Positions 60,734 to 64,000 of a stretch of 64,000 nucleotides of DNA are shown here, one piece after another (position 1 is the stretch's first letter; the number at the start of each line of letters is the position of its first letter). The position numbers and the translations under genes were made by a program. The stretch comes from an uncultured Armatimonadetes bacterium (GTDB taxonomy: Bacteria; Armatimonadota; UBA5829; DTJY01): the NCBI GenBank assembly GCA_963717145.1, contig OY970325.1, positions 1,376,001 through 1,440,000 on the forward strand, given 5' to 3'. The notes beneath the pieces were generated by a model. The model searched no databases, was not told the origin of the DNA, and saw only the letters and a program-made list of their open reading frames with translations.

Positions 60734-61417
60734 TTACGCTGCAATCGTCGCGCTCTGGGTCTCGGACCAACCGCCCTTCAGACCACTGGAATAGACCCAC
60801 CGCAGCTTATAATGCGCCTGCTTGTTTCCATCGCCCGGCGGGAACGGCACCGAGACCGTGTTCCGAGTCGACATGTTTACGTACCGCATGACCAGCTCGG
60901 GAACATCCGTGTCCACGGGCGGCTCGCCGACCTTCACCCAGACCTCGACCGCCTTCACACCCTCCGGCTTGCCCAGGGATACGACGCCCTGGTTGTCGTT
61001 CTGGATGCGGAGCGTATGCCTGCCGATCTGCGCGATGTTGATACCCGCGAGCGGCCTGTCTGCCAGAAGCTCGACATCCTGCGGGACAGGCGCAGTCTCG
61101 CCGCGCCTCGGAATCCCGAGGGCATCGCGATCCTGGTTAGTGGTCGCGGGGCATGACTGTACCCGGGCGGCAACTGTTCTGATCTCATCGACCAGAGTCC
61201 CACGCTTCACCTTCTTGTTCGACACCTCGCCCCTATAGGTAGCACGAGCGGCGTTAGTATCGTTGCGAGCCGTGTTGAACTCCGGCTCGGCAGCATTAAG
61301 AGCGGCAACATCCGCCGCCACCAACCCGAACTTCGCAAGGTTGGCCGCAAGATAAGTTGTAAACGTGGACGTCCACACCTGCAGATCGACGTCACTTTTA
61401 GGGACAAAATCCCCCAT
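60734..61417 (-). CDS. Array-associated hypothetical protein, copy 3
   Basis: AGGAGG RBS; DFVP.SD..L..W, GL..AD, T...R..LGIP and GKPEGV motifs shared with copies 1 and 2. Confidence 0.85.
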   Translation of the reverse strand: MGDFVPKSDVDLQVWTSTFTTYLAANLAKFGLVAADVAALNAAEPEFNTARNDTNAARATYRGEVSNKKVKRGTLVDEIRTVAARVQSCPATTNQDRDALGIPRRGETAPVPQDVELLADRPLAGINIAQIGRHTLRIQNDNQGVVSLGKPEGVKAVEVWVKVGEPPVDTDVPELVMRYVNMSTRNTVSVPFPPGDGNKQAHYKLRWVYSSGLKGGWSETQSATIAA

Positions 61418-61440
61418 ACTTCCCCTCCTTGATTCGTGGG

Positions 61441-61572
61441 ATAAGAGTTCACGGATCATGGCCGGCAGATGTCATTCCTACCGCAGTGAAGAATCCGGCC
61501 TGCAAACAGATTCTTCACTGCGGTAGGAATGACATCCGCGAAGCGCTACTATCAACGATCCTGAACTCTTAC
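61441..61572. mobile_element. MITE with IS66-type ends
   Basis: ATAAGAGTTCACG...TGAACTCTTAC ends, flanks TTCGTGGG/TTGGTGGG, internal palindrome. Confidence 0.82.
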
Positions 61573-61708
61573 TTGGTGGGTACTTCGGCGGCATTTAGAT
61601 TTACCGTCATTTACCATTATCGGAGGGATAAGCTGGTAACTCTACCAGTGTTTCAATATTTCTTGCGATTGCATGTGGAGTCTGATGCAGGGAGGTCGGG
61701 CGCCCGTG

Positions 61709-61984
61709 GGAACCATGCCTGGTGTCAACGGAAAGCATACCTGGTTTCAGCCGAACTCACACGTGGTTTCAACTGAAAGCATGTCCACTTTCAGCAGAAC
61801 TCACACATGGTTTCAGCAGAACTCACACGTGGTTTCAGCAGAACCCATACATGGTTTCAGCAGAACCCACACAGGGTTTCTGCAGAACTCACACGTGGTA
61901 ATCGCAGAAAACATGCATGGTTTCTGCAGAACTCACACAGGGTTTCCATAGAAACCATGCCTGTCTTCTGTAGAAAGCACACCT
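61709..61984. repeat. 12.5 x 22-bp array, consensus GAA(A/C)(C/T)CA(C/T)(A/G)C(A/G)TGGTTTC(A/T)GCA
   Basis: Units every 22 bp from 61709 to 61973 without indels. Confidence 0.95.
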
Positions 61985-62190
61985 CGCGCCAACTCCCGGA
62001 GGCCTTCCGGCGATCCCCCCGAGGCCTGACTTGGAGTGCGAGAGGCGCTTCGGGGCGCACCGCGCGCCTCCGCCTTCCGCCGAATCGGGTCGGGATGGAG
62101 CAGTTTGCTCCTCCACACCATGCTTCCTGCGAGGTTGATTCTGTCTTCTCTACCAGGGGATTGCATACGAGGCGCTCGAGGTCGAGGGAT

Positions 62191-63225
62191 TCAGTCAGTC
62201 AGTCCGATCACCTTGTCAGCCAGGGACCCTTGTCCGTCCGAGGGCCCCTTGATGGCCGACTGCCGCTTTGGTGAGGCAAAAAGGCTTCTTACCAACTCGG
62301 GCATGATCTCTCCGCGGTGGTCATCCATTACTCGGTTGGTCAGCAATTCTAGCGCAGTAAGGAGGTCGTACGATCTCTGCTTCCTGTCATAATAGTCTGC
62401 CGCCATGTGACTGGCTGCCCGATGGAATACGATCAAACCGCCGCCAACGACGTTGAACAGAATACCGGAGATCGGAGCAATGTAACCAAGGGTGCGTGCG
62501 TCCTGCTTACCTGTCATCACAAGCACTGCCCCAGTGGCTATGATTGCCAAACCTGCTGCGACCACAAACAGACCACCGAACTGGAACAGAGAAGTTCTCT
62601 TGACTGCCATTTTTTGCAGTTGCTCGGCCTTGTCTGCCTGGTCAGCTAGCCTCTCCCGTATGCTCACCGTCGCCAGATAGGGAACACTGCTATCCTCAAG
62701 CTGCTTCTGCATCAACGCGACCTCGTCCTTGAGCTTGGAGTCACGGTGTGCCACCTGCTTGAGCTTATCTTCGATTACTTTACGAATCTTATCCGATTCT
62801 CCACCAGAAGCAATCTGATGGGTGCTGCTCTTCCTGGGTACCTGGGTAAGCTCATCGACCAAGGTCATTATCTCCGTGACGGAGAGCGAGCCAAGATAGT
62901 CATCAGTTGCCCATTCTGAGCTTGGGGTGTCGGCGTCTTTCTCGGCCTTCCTCTCTGCTAGCGAGTAGACATAACACCACAACGTATAGCCGCTTAGGAC
63001 TATCCCTGCACCGAGAGCACCATGCAATGGGACTGCCAATAGGCTAGGCGCTCCCCACCAGAATATCCAAGAGGCAAGCAGCAGACTCACCAACAAGCTG
63101 ACCACCCACACTCTCTGATCTGTTGATGTTGTAATTCCAAAGAGCAGCAGGGAAACGCTGACCATGCCCGATAAGCAGAGAAAAGCCCCAAGGATGAACT
63201 GAGCGACGGTCCATACTATATGCAT
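62191..63225 (-). CDS. Membrane protein (3 TM, coiled coil, 2 TM)
   Basis: GGAGG RBS; hydrophobicity pattern; AT-richer codons. Confidence 0.7.
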   Translation of the reverse strand: MHIVWTVAQFILGAFLCLSGMVSVSLLLFGITTSTDQRVWVVSLLVSLLLASWIFWWGAPSLLAVPLHGALGAGIVLSGYTLWCYVYSLAERKAEKDADTPSSEWATDDYLGSLSVTEIMTLVDELTQVPRKSSTHQIASGGESDKIRKVIEDKLKQVAHRDSKLKDEVALMQKQLEDSSVPYLATVSIRERLADQADKAEQLQKMAVKRTSLFQFGGLFVVAAGLAIIATGAVLVMTGKQDARTLGYIAPISGILFNVVGGGLIVFHRAASHMAADYYDRKQRSYDLLTALELLTNRVMDDHRGEIMPELVRSLFASPKRQSAIKGPSDGQGSLADKVIGLTD

Positions 63226-63573
63226 GGAATAACCTCCTTAGCTACCAACTGCTTGGACACAAGATCCGTGTCCATTATAGCCTTTCCAATGTCCTTTTTC
63301 AAGCCCTCAACTCCCGTGCAACCTCCTGTCCTTGCAGTAACGTCTTCGCTGAGCTAGGAGTGCGCCTAGCAGTGGAAGGATTGACGAGCGGTGGAGCAGC
63401 CGGTGATCGAGGGCGGGACAGGGAAGACCGCGCCGAGTGTACATATGTTTCCCGGCGGGATGGAGTTAGACTGAGTGCGGAGTGCCCGGTTCTCGCTGCA
63501 TTCCTAAGGGCGTCCGGATGACCCCTCCCCTTTTACAGGTGGCGCAGTGAAACTGGGTGCATCTGATGCGTAA

Positions 63574-63621
63574 CAGAAGTGGTCGGGGCCAACCGGTCTC
63601 CGGTAACCCCGACCACTTCTG
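63574..63621. terminator. Stem-loop after the last minus-strand gene
   Basis: CAGAAGTGGTCGGGG...CCCCGACCACTTCTG. Confidence 0.65.
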
Positions 63622-63626
63622 CCAGA

Positions 63627-64000
63627 CTACAACTCGCTGATCGACACGGGCCTGATCAGCCTCTTGATCGGACCGCCGTCGGTGAAGCACGAACTGATTC
63701 CGATCACAGTCATGATACCAGCCGGCGTGTAACCTCTGCCGTCGCCGAGAACTCTCACGCCGACATTCGCCGCCTCGCCGGTCATCGTCCCGTCGGTTAG
63801 GTTGCAGCCGTCATCTATGTAGAAGTAGTTTCCGCTCGGGTCTACCTTGCCGAGCTTGCCGGTCGTTGCTACTAATAGGCCGATGTTGTTCGTGCCTACA
63901 CCGTCTAAGACTCCGCGCTGACCTTCGCCGGTGCTTGGCACGTAGCGAAAGTCCTGGCCGCCGAGGTATCTGTTGATGAGTAGCACAGGTCCTACCGTTC
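63627..64000 (-). CDS. C-terminal part of a protein extending beyond the window, with the same C-terminal domain as 5386-6711
   Basis: GTNNIGLLVATTGK...FYIDDG...GVRV motif. Confidence 0.7.
   Translation of the reverse strand, partial: TVGPVLLINRYLGGQDFRYVPSTGEGQRGVLDGVGTNNIGLLVATTGKLGKVDPSGNYFYIDDGCNLTDGTMTGEAANVGVRVLGDGRGYTPAGIMTVIGISSCFTDGGPIKRLIRPVSISEL

Noticed and set aside
63300-63570. Possible tRNA or ncRNA in the intergenic gap
   Set aside because: Only small hairpins; no cloverleaf or recognisable RNA consensus.

Overview
GC-rich bacterial window, probably Armatimonadota (inferred from a DUF6785-type membrane protein, many secreted glycoside hydrolases and a recurring 'GxNxIGLLV..xG.V' C-terminal domain). 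It holds the core rplU-rpmA-obgE-proB-nadD-lcp-rsfS operon, apgM-prs, nth, htpX and a TPP-riboswitch-controlled thi4. Carbohydrate enzymes include GH78, GH38, GH99-like, sialidase-like and DUF4038 proteins. There are two IS elements and scattered candidate defence genes (FunZ/Sll1717-type ATPase, KAP-LRR, TIR-Nudix). Best candidate for an undescribed system: three paralogous ~220-aa genes (helical N-terminus, FN3-like C-terminus), each preceded by its own strictly periodic 21/21/22-bp array of palindromic units whose sequence differs at each locus, and followed by heptamer repeats; two of the three also face a paralogous small membrane gene. Also notable: three palindromic REP-like insertions translated in frame inside the GH38 gene, two MITEs with the ends of the resident IS66, a gene bounded by long direct repeats, and an in-frame TAG in proB. 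All family assignments are by eye, without database searches.
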